DNA of 32,000 bases. It comes from Geotalea uraniireducens Rf4 (GTDB taxonomy: Bacteria; Desulfobacterota; Desulfuromonadia; Geobacterales; Geobacteraceae). Positions 1 through 8,551 of the stretch are shown here, one piece after another. The stretch lies in assembly GCF_000016745.1 (NCBI RefSeq), contig NC_009483.1, positions 1,440,001 to 1,472,000 of the forward strand, given 5' to 3'. A program made the position numbers and the translations under genes. The notes below the pieces were generated by a model. It did no database searches. It saw only the letters and a list, made by a program, of their open reading frames with translations, and was not told where the DNA came from. Numbering within the stretch: position 1 is the stretch's first letter; each line of letters opens with the position of its first letter.

Positions 1-144
1 CGGGCAGCACAACAATCCGAGGAACGCGAAAAGAAAGAGAAAGCTATCCCGTTGCCGGTCGCCCCTGCCAAGCCGGCACCGGTTCAGGTCAGGGAGGAGA
101 CAGCATACGAGGCCGATGCTGACGGTCAGCTGCTGCTCTGTTGA
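1..144 (+). CDS. 3' end of an unidentified CDS (partial, open from window start, stop TGA 142-144)
   Basis: Frame 1 is open from nt 1 to the TGA at 142-144. The peptide is charged and Pro/Ala-rich (...EEREKKEKAIPLPVAPAKPAPVQV...). It is convergent with the kinase gene. No domain recognised. Confidence 0.25.
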   Translation, partial: RAAQQSEEREKKEKAIPLPVAPAKPAPVQVREETAYEADADGQLLLC

Positions 145-160
145 ATCAATGGCATCTCCA

Positions 161-2074
161 TCATGCCACCGGCAGAGAGACAAAAAACGTGCTCCCCTTG
201 CCGAGAGTGCTTTCCACCCATACTTCCCCCCCATGAGCCGTGACAATCTCCCGCACGAGGGCAAGGCCCAGGCCGGTTCCGCCGAATACGCGGCAGGCGG
301 TGTTGTTAACGCGATAAAATCTCTCGAAGATCCTCTCGACAGCCTGCGGCGAAATGCCTATCCCTTCGTCTCTCACGGTGATGACAACACAGTCCTTTTC
401 CCGGCGTGCCGCCACTCTGACAGCTCCACCCTTCGGGGAGTACTTCACGGCATTGGAGACGAGATTGTTGAAGACCTGACGGAGCTGCTTGTTATCGCCG
501 CATATCCGGGGGAGATCGGACGGACAGTCCAGGGTTATGTGATGCCGTTCCGACACCCGTGTGAAGAGGGCGACGGTTTCCTCCAGAAGCGGTTGAAGGG
601 GGAGTGGCCGCCACGTGACGGTCTCCTTTCGGGATCTTAACCGCTGCAGGTCGAGGAAATTGCCGATCAGCTCATTCAGTTTCTCGGATTCGTGCAGGGT
701 GATCCGGAGGTATTCCCTCTGTTGGTCCGCGGGGACCTCATTGTCCAGCATGAATTCGGTGTAGCCCAGCATTGCGGTAAGGGGGGTGCGCATTTCATGG
801 CTGACGGCGGAAATCATCTCGTCCTTCATCTGCTCCATCTCTTTCCGCTCGGTGATGTCGCGCCCTATGGTCGACACGGCGACTACTCTTCCCTGCGCAT
901 CTCTGATAGGGGAATAGGAAAGCGACATGTGAATCAGTTGCCCATCCTTTCTCCTTCGTACGGTTTCGAAATGTTCGATGTGTTCTCCATGCCTGAGCCT
1001 TTCATCCATCTGAAGCACTTCATCTACATTTTCAGCCGGGATCAGCATCGTTATCGGTTTGCCGAGCACTTCGTCCTCGCTGTAACCGAATATTTTTTCG
1101 GCGCCTCTATTCCAACTGGTGATTATCCCATCAAGCGTCTTACCGACGATCGCATCATCGGAAGACTCCACCATGACCGCTAACCGCAGGTTTTTCTCCT
1201 CGGCCTGTTTGCGTTCCGTGATGTCCGAGAAGCTGCCCCGTGTGCCAAGATGATTTCCGTTGTCGTCGAAAACAGGGATGCAGACATGGTGGACCCAGCG
1301 AATATCTCCGTCGGGACGGACGATGCGTAATTCGAGCTCGCCCAGGGCCTTGGTCTGGGTGATATCGTGCCGGTGGTCAGTCCAAAGATGCCGGTCATCC
1401 GGGTGAATGATACTCCGGAGCAAACCGGGATCGGCATTGAACTCTTCGGCCCCATGACCACTGATGCGCCGGCAGGAAGGCGACGTGTAAATGAATCTGT
1501 CTGCCGGGCTCAGCCAGAATTCCCAGTTGTAGGTGTTGTCGGCGACGATCCGGTATTTGACCGCGACCTCCCGCAGAGCCTCTTCTGCCTCCCTGCGTTT
1601 GGTGATGTCGCGTCCTTCCGGCAACAGAAGGACCACATTTCCGTCATCATCCTTCACCGGTTTAAGCGAAAAATCGACGTAAATCAGCTTTCCATCAGCA
1701 GTTGGATGGGTAGCTTCAAAACTGACGAACTCGCCTTGGGCAGCAGACTTGATGGCTTGGCGGAGCCGCTCTTGCAGTTCAGGCGAATGAACCCAGGCTA
1801 AAGTTTCCCAGAAAGGTTTGCCGATCGCTTCAGATTTCGTGCCTCCTATCACATCGAAAGCTGAAGAGTTAATGTCCAGAACAGTTCCATCCGGTTTCAA
1901 TACGCTTATTAATGAAGATGACTGATCGAACATGACACGCAAGAGCGCATAACTCTCAGCCTCTTCCATCTGCTTGCGCTCTTTGGCTCGCATTTTACGT
2001 AAGAAATGTTTCAGAAGATTTGCCCGCATAAAGTTAGCCTTCGTTCGAGGGGATCCAATGGGCTTGATAAACAT
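161..2074 (-). CDS. multi-PAS sensor histidine kinase (PAS x3, HisKA, HATPase_c)
   Basis: 637-aa ORF with repeated PAS-like blocks (DITERK/DITKRREAE linkers). H-box SHEMRTPL. N, G1 and G2 boxes (NLVSNAVKY, DEGIGI, GGTGLGL). The true start may be an internal Met. Confidence 0.9.
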   Translation of the reverse strand: MFIKPIGSPRTKANFMRANLLKHFLRKMRAKERKQMEEAESYALLRVMFDQSSSLISVLKPDGTVLDINSSAFDVIGGTKSEAIGKPFWETLAWVHSPELQERLRQAIKSAAQGEFVSFEATHPTADGKLIYVDFSLKPVKDDDGNVVLLLPEGRDITKRREAEEALREVAVKYRIVADNTYNWEFWLSPADRFIYTSPSCRRISGHGAEEFNADPGLLRSIIHPDDRHLWTDHRHDITQTKALGELELRIVRPDGDIRWVHHVCIPVFDDNGNHLGTRGSFSDITERKQAEEKNLRLAVMVESSDDAIVGKTLDGIITSWNRGAEKIFGYSEDEVLGKPITMLIPAENVDEVLQMDERLRHGEHIEHFETVRRRKDGQLIHMSLSYSPIRDAQGRVVAVSTIGRDITERKEMEQMKDEMISAVSHEMRTPLTAMLGYTEFMLDNEVPADQQREYLRITLHESEKLNELIGNFLDLQRLRSRKETVTWRPLPLQPLLEETVALFTRVSERHHITLDCPSDLPRICGDNKQLRQVFNNLVSNAVKYSPKGGAVRVAARREKDCVVITVRDEGIGISPQAVERIFERFYRVNNTACRVFGGTGLGLALVREIVTAHGGEVWVESTLGKGSTFFVSLPVA

Positions 2075-2249
2075 TATAACAGGTTAATGGAATAGTAGCC
2101 ATCGGCGGTGTTTTCCCTTTACCCGAGGTACGGGATGGCTACTCAAGACCTTGAGGATAAGACTTGAAGATACGCATGGCGGGTGACAGACCATGAACAT
2201 GGCCATGGGGGAGCAGCGAGATGGAGAGGGCGTAACACACAGTCAAACC

Positions 2250-2957
2250 TTATGGCGTATCTCTTAGACGATAGCCGACTCCCGGCTCAGTCAGGATGTA
2301 GCGGGGGCGGGAGGGGTCTGTCTCGATCTTGTGGCGCAGGTTGCTGATGTTGACGCGCAGCACGTGGGGCTGTTCAACGTAGGCAACACCCCAGATCTGC
2401 CGGAGGATCTGGCTGTGGGTCAGGACCTTCCCCGCATGGGTCACCAGCAGGCGCAGCAGTTCGTATTCGGTGGGGGTTAGTTGCACCTCTTCGCCGCGGA
2501 CCGTTACCCGGCGGCGGGGGAGGTCCACTTCCAGCTCGTTTATCCGGTAGACCGGTTCCGGGACCTGCTGCATGGAGCGGCGCAGCGTCACCCGTATCCG
2601 GGCGGTCAGTTCCCCGATGCCGAACGGCTTGGTCAGGTAGTCGTCGGCGCCGGCGTCCAGGGCCTTCACCTTGTCGTCTTCCCGCTCCCGCACCGACAGG
2701 ACGAGGATCGGCACCTGCGACCATTCCCGTATCCGCCTGATCACCTCCACCCCGTCCATGTCCGGCAATCCAAGGTCAAGGAGGATCACATCGGGCTTGA
2801 TTGCTACGGCTGCCGCCAGCGCAGCATGGCCGTTTTCCGCCTGGTGGAGGGAGAACTCCCCGGTATCCAGCGCAGTACGCAGGAAACGCTGAATTGCCAT
2901 CTCATCGTCTACCACCAGGATGCGCGGCAGGCTGGCGCTGGTCTTCTCGCTCGACAT
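2250..2957 (-). CDS. kdpE: OmpR-family response regulator, KdpE-type
   Basis: Receiver domain (ILVVDDE...DLGLPDMDG...KP) plus winged-helix output (LTPTEYELLRLL...GVGYRL). Start moved to ATG 2957 (MSSEKT...), preceded by a GGTGGA RBS. The longer ORF-track start at 3044 runs into the repeat array. Same strand as kdpD. Confidence 0.85.
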   Translation of the reverse strand: MSSEKTSASLPRILVVDDEMAIQRFLRTALDTGEFSLHQAENGHAALAAAVAIKPDVILLDLGLPDMDGVEVIRRIREWSQVPILVLSVREREDDKVKALDAGADDYLTKPFGIGELTARIRVTLRRSMQQVPEPVYRINELEVDLPRRRVTVRGEEVQLTPTEYELLRLLVTHAGKVLTHSQILRQIWGVAYVEQPHVLRVNISNLRHKIETDPSRPRYILTEPGVGYRLRDTP

Positions 2958-2989
2958 GACTTCCACCTTTCCTATAAAAAGCATTTTAA

Positions 2990-3104
2990 CCACGAATGAC
3001 ACGAATTTGCACGAATATACAAGCTCTTGCGATGCAAAAGGCACTCACCAGATCGGTGACTTCTCAAGATTTAACAAAGGGTTAAAAACATTCGTGTTTA
3101 TTCG
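2990..3104. repeat. palindromic array of phased CACGAAT heptamers, interrupted by the group II intron (remaining 12 nt at 5178-5189)
   Basis: CACGAAT at 2991, 3000 and 3010. Inverted ATTCGTG at 3090 and ATTCG at 3100. TGTCATTCGTGG at 5178-5189 is the reverse complement of 2990-3001. Confidence 0.6.
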
Positions 3105-3672
3105 GTACGCCAGGCCAAGCCTGGCTGATCTATCTGACTGAAAAGTGTCAGACATGTAAATTGCTCGTTCACCATGTAGTCGCGGTCTGTCACGAGAGGG
3201 TAACCAAACGTGGGGAGTAAGACCGGTTCTTTGTAAGAAAAGAGCGAAGGGTACGATAACTACCCTGACGACGAAGACGCGAGCCCAGCGCAAGCGAACC
3301 CGTTTCGGCCTCGTTACACGTAGTTGACAGTGGCCAACCTTCCGAATGTGGTGAAGCCTGCCACCCACCGGTGATAAACGAGCGAAAGAACCGGTGGGAC
3401 TGTCCGGGGTGATTGGGGAGGGCGCGTGTCGAAAGATCAGCCGAGGAACCTGGGAGGTCCGACGTAATTCCCAAAGCGAAAGGGTTTCGCCGAAGGGAGA
3501 ACGCCGACGGGGAATCAATAACCCGCCAAGCGTGTACGGTCGGAATTCGGAGCGGCCCATAGTAGCCGGGAAGCGGGGTAATGCCCGTGGAGCCAAGGGG
3601 CCGTACTTCAGTCATGTTTACACGGAAAGAGAGGAGACCCGCTTGAGCGACAGACGCTCCATAACGGAATGG

Positions 3673-4977
3673 ATGGCCGAAGGATTCGAACCTGAACCCG
3701 GACTGCCGGTAAAAGTCTCCCTTCTGCGGTGGAAACTGAGCAGCAAGGCCAAACGAGAACCGCAGTTCCGGTTCTATGCCCTTTACGACCGAATCCATCG
3801 TCGTGATGTACTTGAAACGGCGTGGTTGCGAGTAAAGGCGAACAAGGGCGCGCCGGGAGTCGATGGTGTCAGCATTGAATCCATCGAGGTGCGGGCAGAC
3901 GGAATATCCGGCTATCTTGACGAAATTCAAGAAAGCCTGAGAACCAAAAACTACAAACCATCCCCGGTGCGTCGCGTCTACATCACCAAGCCCAACGGCA
4001 AACTGCGCCCGCTCGGCATACCGTGCGTGCGGGACAGAATTGTACAGGCAGCCGTACTCCTTATCCTCGAACCGATATTTGAGGTGGACTTTCTCGACTG
4101 CTCCCATGGATTTCGTCCCAAAAGGCGTCCCCATGGAGCCCTCGACCAAGTCGGTAATAACCTCCAACTCGGACGGCAGGAAGTGTATGACGCGGATCTT
4201 TCGAGCTACTTTGACAGCATCCCCCACGAGCACCTGATAGTAGAACTTGAGCGGCGCATAGCCGACCGGAGTGTCCTCAAACTGATCCGGCAATGGCTTC
4301 ACAGTCCGGTAGTAGAAGAAGACGGCAGCATCAGCCGTCCCAAACAAGGGACGCCACAAGGCGGGGTAATATCTCCCCTTCTTGCCAACATCTACCTTCA
4401 CCGGCTCGACCGGGCCTTTCACGAAGAAGCAGACAGCCCCTACCACTTCGCCAGAGCGCGCATGGTACGGTTTGCCGACGACTTCGTAGTAATGGCCAGA
4501 CACATGGGCAATCGCATAACCGGATGGCTGGAAGAGAAACTCGAAACAGACCTTGGACTCAGCATCAACCGTGACAAAACCGGTATTGTCAGAATGAACA
4601 AGAAAGAGAGCCTGAACTTTCTGGGATTCACCCTCCGCTATGACCGTGACCTGCGGGGCAGAGATTGGGATTATCTCAACATCATGCCGAGTAAGAAGGC
4701 CATAGGAGCACTCAAGGGAAAAATCCGGGAGAAGACCCGAAGCGGATACAAAAAGCCGCTTGTCGAAGCAATTGCCGAGGTAAACAGCATCCTTCGCGGA
4801 TGGGGCAACTACTTCGACTACGGGTATCCCCGGAAAGTATTTCGAGACGTGAATCATTACACGAGGACTCGCTTTCGAATATTTCTGAACAATCGGAGCC
4901 AAAGGCGGAGCAAACCCTTCAGGGCAGGTGAAAGCCTGTATGCCGGACTTAAGCGATATGGTCTGGTTTACCTGTAA
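3673..4977 (+). CDS. group II intron-encoded reverse transcriptase/maturase (no endonuclease domain evident)
   Basis: [15 protein letters not shown]...[11 protein letters not shown]-terminus, RT blocks (RPLGIP, SHGFRP) and an FADD catalytic motif. Maturase-like tail (ILRGWGNYF). Start chosen at ATG 3673, because the ORF-track start at 3394 lies inside ribozyme domains. Confidence 0.9.
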   Translation: MAEGFEPEPGLPVKVSLLRWKLSSKAKREPQFRFYALYDRIHRRDVLETAWLRVKANKGAPGVDGVSIESIEVRADGISGYLDEIQESLRTKNYKPSPVRRVYITKPNGKLRPLGIPCVRDRIVQAAVLLILEPIFEVDFLDCSHGFRPKRRPHGALDQVGNNLQLGRQEVYDADLSSYFDSIPHEHLIVELERRIADRSVLKLIRQWLHSPVVEEDGSISRPKQGTPQGGVISPLLANIYLHRLDRAFHEEADSPYHFARARMVRFADDFVVMARHMGNRITGWLEEKLETDLGLSINRDKTGIVRMNKKESLNFLGFTLRYDRDLRGRDWDYLNIMPSKKAIGALKGKIREKTRSGYKKPLVEAIAEVNSILRGWGNYFDYGYPRKVFRDVNHYTRTRFRIFLNNRSQRRSKPFRAGESLYAGLKRYGLVYL

Positions 4978-5028
4978 CAGCAAAGCCACAACTCCTCAAT
5001 AATGCCGTGCAGCAAGAGGCTGATAGGT

Positions 5029-5061
5029 AAGCCGTATGCGGGAAATCCGCACGTACGGTTT
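5029..5061 (+). ncRNA. domain V of intron 1
   Basis: AAGCCGTAT-GCGG-GAAA-TCCGC-AC-GTACGGTTT. This gives a 9-bp lower helix with an AGC triad, a 2-nt AC bulge and a GAAA loop, matching the textbook domain V. Confidence 0.85.
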
Positions 5062-5211
5062 GACGAGGGGGAGCTGGTTAAGGCAACTATGGTAAGGCTA
5101 CTTAGGCACCGCCAAACGAAAGGGGCGGAAACGGACAAGCCAAACCTAATGATGTAGTAACCTGCTTCCTACTCTACTGTCATTCGTGGCTAACTGCCCT
5201 TTTTGGGTTAA

Positions 5212-7881
5212 TTACTTGACGGGGAGCGTGGCGATTACCCGCAATCCTCCGCCGTCCCGGTTTTCCGCCCGGATCTTTCCATGATGGGCTTCGACGATTC
5301 CCTTGCAGATGGAGAGCCCGAGTCCGGTTCCGCCGGCACCCTCGGGGACCGGAATCCGGTAGAACTTGTCGAAGATCCTCTTCAGGTCTGACTCCGGTAC
5401 ACCGGGGCCGCGGTCGGAAACCTCCAGCGTCAGTCTGCCGTCGTCCACCCGGGCGGCAATGTCGATAATGCTCGCATGCGGCGAATATTTCAAGGCGTTA
5501 TCCAGCAGGTTCACCAGCACCTGGGTCATCAGCGCCATGTCCAGCTTGACCAGCGGCAGGCCGTCCGGCAGCTGCACCTTGACTTCCCTTGCGCCGATTC
5601 GCTGTTCCAGCGCGGCCAGGGCGCATCCGACCAGGTCCTGAATGTCGCACGGTTCTTCCTTCAAGGTGACCGCGCCGGCTTCCAGGCGGGTCATGTCCAG
5701 CAGGTTCCCGACAAAGCGGTTCAGCCGCCCGGCCTCTTCCCATGCGGCATCGAGAAGCTCCCGCCGTCTCGTATCGCTTAACCGGTGTTCCTTGTCCCGG
5801 AGGGTGCCCAAGGCCCCGGTTATGGATACGAGCGGAGTCCGCAAGTCGTGGGAAACGGAATTGAGGAGGGCCCGTTCCAGGGTTTCCCGTCCCTGGAGGA
5901 TCAGGGCCTGTGCGGCCTGTTTTCCGAGCTGGACCCGCTCGATGGCAAGGGTCGTCTGGGTGGTGAAGGCGTCGAGAAGCCTGCGGCTCTGGGTGTTGGC
6001 ATAATCCGCCTCGTCTTCCAGCTCTACCCCCAATACGCCGAGCACGCTCGCCGAAGTCTGCAACGGAAGATAGAGGAGCCGGGCCGAACTGAGGGTTTCG
6101 GTGCCGTGCCCCGCAGACTGGCGGTTCCGAAATGCCCAGTCGGCCACCGCCAGCTCCTTCGTATCAAGCTGCATTTCACGGCTTGCGGCCTTTATCTCCA
6201 GGCGCTCACCTTCCGGGATAAGGACAGCCAGCCTGCCGTTGAAGCTTTCTCCGAAGTTCTTGGCTACGGCGTCCAGGACCGCCCCGATGTCGGCGGAAAC
6301 GGCCAGGTCGCGACTCAGGTAGTAGAGGCTCGCTGTCTGGACTTCCCGCTTTCGTATCGCCTCGGCCCGTTCGCGGGACCTGGCGACAAGGGTGCTGATC
6401 ACCACCCCCACCGTGAAGAGGGCGACGAAGGTGATGAGATATTCGGTATCGGCAACGGCGAAGGTCAGGCGTGGCGGGACGAAGAAGAAGTCGAAGGCGA
6501 GAATCCCCAGAAATGCCGTAACGATCGCCGGTTTCAGTCCGAGCCGGAGCGCCGCCAGCACCACCGCCAATAGATACGCCATGACCATGTTGGTCGGCGC
6601 CAGGAACGGGCGGACCAGTTCACAGGCAAGGGTTGCCGCGGCAACGAGCGCCAGGCTCTTCATGTAGCCGGACCAGGGGGATGGGCTTTTGCGCCTGGCT
6701 AGAGCCGTTCCCTCGCTCTTTTCGGAAGGCTCGATGCTGACGACGTAGACGTCGATCGTCCCGCTCCTGCGGATGATCTGGTCGACGAGGGGAGGATTCA
6801 GGAATTCCATCCAGCGCGGCTTGGTCGGTTTGCCGACCACGATCTTCGTGACGTTATGCTTGACGGCAAAGTCGATGACAGAATCGGCCACCGAGGTTGC
6901 CGAGACAGTCGCCACCTCTCCCCCCAGGCTTTCGGCGAGCCGGAGGTCCTTCCAGACCCGCTCCCGGTTTTCCTGCACATGCTTCCCACTGCCGGGAGTT
7001 TCGATGTAGACCGTGTACCAGTGCGCCTTCATCTCATCCGCAAGCCGCCGTGTCGAGCGGATCAGCTTTTCACCGAAAGGGCTGCCGCTCACGCAGACCA
7101 GGAGTCGCTCCGCGGCGGGCCATGGACCGGCGATGGAGCGCGTCTCCATGTAGGCCCGCATCTCTTCGTCCACGCGGACTGCGGCCCGTCGCAGCGACAG
7201 CTCCCGCAGGGCGATCAGGTTCCCCGGCTTGAAAAACTTCTCCATTGCCAGGGTCGCCTGTTTAGGGATGTAGACCTTCCCTTCGTGGAGACGCTGGAGG
7301 AGTTCATCCGGCGGTATGTCCACCAGCCTGATCTCCGCCGCCTCGTCCAGGAGCCGGTCGGGAACGGTCTCCCGCACCACCACGCCGGTAATCTGGGCGA
7401 CGATGTCGTTCAGGCTCTCGAAGTGCTGAATGTTGACCGTGGTGTAGACGTCGATCCCGCTGGCCAGGATCTCCTCCACATCCTGCCACCGCTTCTCGTG
7501 GCGGGAGCCGCGGGCATTGGTGTGGGCCAGCTCGTCCACCAGGGCTATCTGGGGCTTTCTGGCAAGCACCGCATCGGTGTCCAACTCAGGAAGTAACACC
7601 CCCATATGCTCGATCTGCGCCTTGGGGATGATCTCCACCCCGGACATGGAGAGTAGCGAGTCGGTCTCGAACCGGCCGTGGGACTCCACGTAGGCGGCCA
7701 CCACGTCCCGTCCCTCCATTTTCCTCTGCCACCCCGCTTCCAGCATGGCATAGGTCTTCCCGACCCCTGCGGCGTAGCCGAGAAATATCTTCAGCTTCCC
7801 CCTTCCGTCTTCCTTTTCTTCCGCCTGGGCCAGCTTCAGCAGGGCTTCCGGTGAGGGGCGTTTGTCGTCGTTGTCGGTCAT
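5212..7881 (-). CDS. kdpD: sensor histidine kinase KdpD
   Basis: 889 aa. KdpD N-terminal P-loop domain (LGYAAGVGKTY), a Usp-like region, a 4-TM block and a GAF-like region. HisKA (SHDLRTPL) and HATPase (GGTGLGLSI). The start overlaps the kdpC stop (ATGA). Confidence 0.95.
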   Translation of the reverse strand: MTDNDDKRPSPEALLKLAQAEEKEDGRGKLKIFLGYAAGVGKTYAMLEAGWQRKMEGRDVVAAYVESHGRFETDSLLSMSGVEIIPKAQIEHMGVLLPELDTDAVLARKPQIALVDELAHTNARGSRHEKRWQDVEEILASGIDVYTTVNIQHFESLNDIVAQITGVVVRETVPDRLLDEAAEIRLVDIPPDELLQRLHEGKVYIPKQATLAMEKFFKPGNLIALRELSLRRAAVRVDEEMRAYMETRSIAGPWPAAERLLVCVSGSPFGEKLIRSTRRLADEMKAHWYTVYIETPGSGKHVQENRERVWKDLRLAESLGGEVATVSATSVADSVIDFAVKHNVTKIVVGKPTKPRWMEFLNPPLVDQIIRRSGTIDVYVVSIEPSEKSEGTALARRKSPSPWSGYMKSLALVAAATLACELVRPFLAPTNMVMAYLLAVVLAALRLGLKPAIVTAFLGILAFDFFFVPPRLTFAVADTEYLITFVALFTVGVVISTLVARSRERAEAIRKREVQTASLYYLSRDLAVSADIGAVLDAVAKNFGESFNGRLAVLIPEGERLEIKAASREMQLDTKELAVADWAFRNRQSAGHGTETLSSARLLYLPLQTSASVLGVLGVELEDEADYANTQSRRLLDAFTTQTTLAIERVQLGKQAAQALILQGRETLERALLNSVSHDLRTPLVSITGALGTLRDKEHRLSDTRRRELLDAAWEEAGRLNRFVGNLLDMTRLEAGAVTLKEEPCDIQDLVGCALAALEQRIGAREVKVQLPDGLPLVKLDMALMTQVLVNLLDNALKYSPHASIIDIAARVDDGRLTLEVSDRGPGVPESDLKRIFDKFYRIPVPEGAGGTGLGLSICKGIVEAHHGKIRAENRDGGGLRVIATLPVK

Positions 7882-8447
7882 CGTGAAAGTTTATCCAGTT
7901 CCAGGTTCAATTCAAGCACATTCACCCGCTGCTCCCCTAAAAAGCCGAGCTGGCGGTCCTCTGTCCGGGCGTCGACGAGCTTTTTGAGCTCTTCCATCGT
8001 CATTCCGCGCGCCTTGGCGACACGGGGGACCTGTACTTTGGCCGCTTCCGGCGTAATGTGAGGATCGAGGCCGCTGGCCGAGGCCTCCACCAGGTCGGCC
8101 GGGATGTTGCCGGTAATGCCGGTGTCATGGAGCGATTTTACCCGGTCGCCAACGGTCTTGAGGAAATCGGGGTTGGTCGGCCCTGAGTTGGAGCCGCCGG
8201 AAGTCATCGGGTTGTATCCGAAATCTGTGGTGGCGGAAGGACGGGGCCAGAAGTATCGCGCATCGGAGAATGGCTGGCCGATGAGTGCAGAACCGATCTC
8301 CCGCCCGCTCTTGTCGGTGATGAAGCTCCCCTTGGCCTGTTTGGGGAAGACTGCATGGGCGATGCTAGTGACGACGGCCGGGTAAACTCCCCCGCACAGG
8401 ATGGTAAAGACGATAAAGAACAGAATGGCGGGTTTTATCTCTTTCAT
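7878..8447 (-). CDS. kdpC: K+-transporting ATPase subunit C
   Basis: MKEIKPAILFFIVFTILCGGVYP... has a single N-terminal TM and KdpC-like motifs (SGGSNSGPTNP, SASGLDPHITP). Start set at ATG 8447 with an AGGAGA RBS. The ORF-track extension to 8531 translates the REP elements. Confidence 0.9.
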   Translation of the reverse strand: MKEIKPAILFFIVFTILCGGVYPAVVTSIAHAVFPKQAKGSFITDKSGREIGSALIGQPFSDARYFWPRPSATTDFGYNPMTSGGSNSGPTNPDFLKTVGDRVKSLHDTGITGNIPADLVEASASGLDPHITPEAAKVQVPRVAKARGMTMEELKKLVDARTEDRQLGFLGEQRVNVLELNLELDKLSR

Positions 8448-8458
8448 GATTTTCTCCT

Positions 8459-8541
8459 GTAGGGGCGGACGGCGTCCGCCCTGGTCGGTAATAGCAATAT
8501 CGGGGATGATGGCAACAAGGGCGCATGCCATGCGCCCCTAC
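8459..8541. repeat. REP doublet (REPIN/BIME-like) in the kdpB-kdpC gap
   Basis: GTAGGGGCGGACGGCGTCCGCCC (8459-8481) and its inverted partner GGGCGCATGCCATGCGCCCCTAC (8519-8541). Each is GTAG plus a GC-rich palindrome. Confidence 0.6.
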
Positions 8542-8551
8542 GAACATACCG

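Larger units (their letters stand above)
3105..5177 (+). mobile_element. group II intron, full length, IEP-encoding
   Basis: The 5' end GTACGCCAGGC is near-identical to the start of the second intron. RT/maturase ORF lies in domain IV. Canonical domain V at 5029-5061. The domain VI basal helix pairs 5065-5074 with 5164-5174, with bulged A5171 7 nt from the end. The intron ends in AC. Deleting 3105-5177 restores a split CACGAAT heptamer and the palindrome. Candidate EBS1 CGAAT (3343-3347) is complementary to the 5' exon ATTCG (3100-3104). Confidence 0.85.

Noticed and set aside
2094-2143. 9-bp inverted repeat GTAGCCATC...GATGGCTAC downstream of kdpE as a terminator
   Set aside because: The loop is about 30 nt and there is no T-run. 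It may be a structural element, but it cannot be called a terminator from sequence alone.
3394-4977. The RT as part of a retron or diversity-generating retroelement
   Set aside because: The protein has the maturase-type C-terminus, and canonical group II domains V and VI follow it. No template/variable repeat pair or msr/msd-like structure was seen.
3190-4989. 599-aa minus-strand ORF (also 3045-3596) opposite the intron
   Set aside because: It lies antisense to a well-supported RT gene and ribozyme, has no recognisable motifs and has an odd composition. It is a typical shadow ORF in GC-rich DNA.
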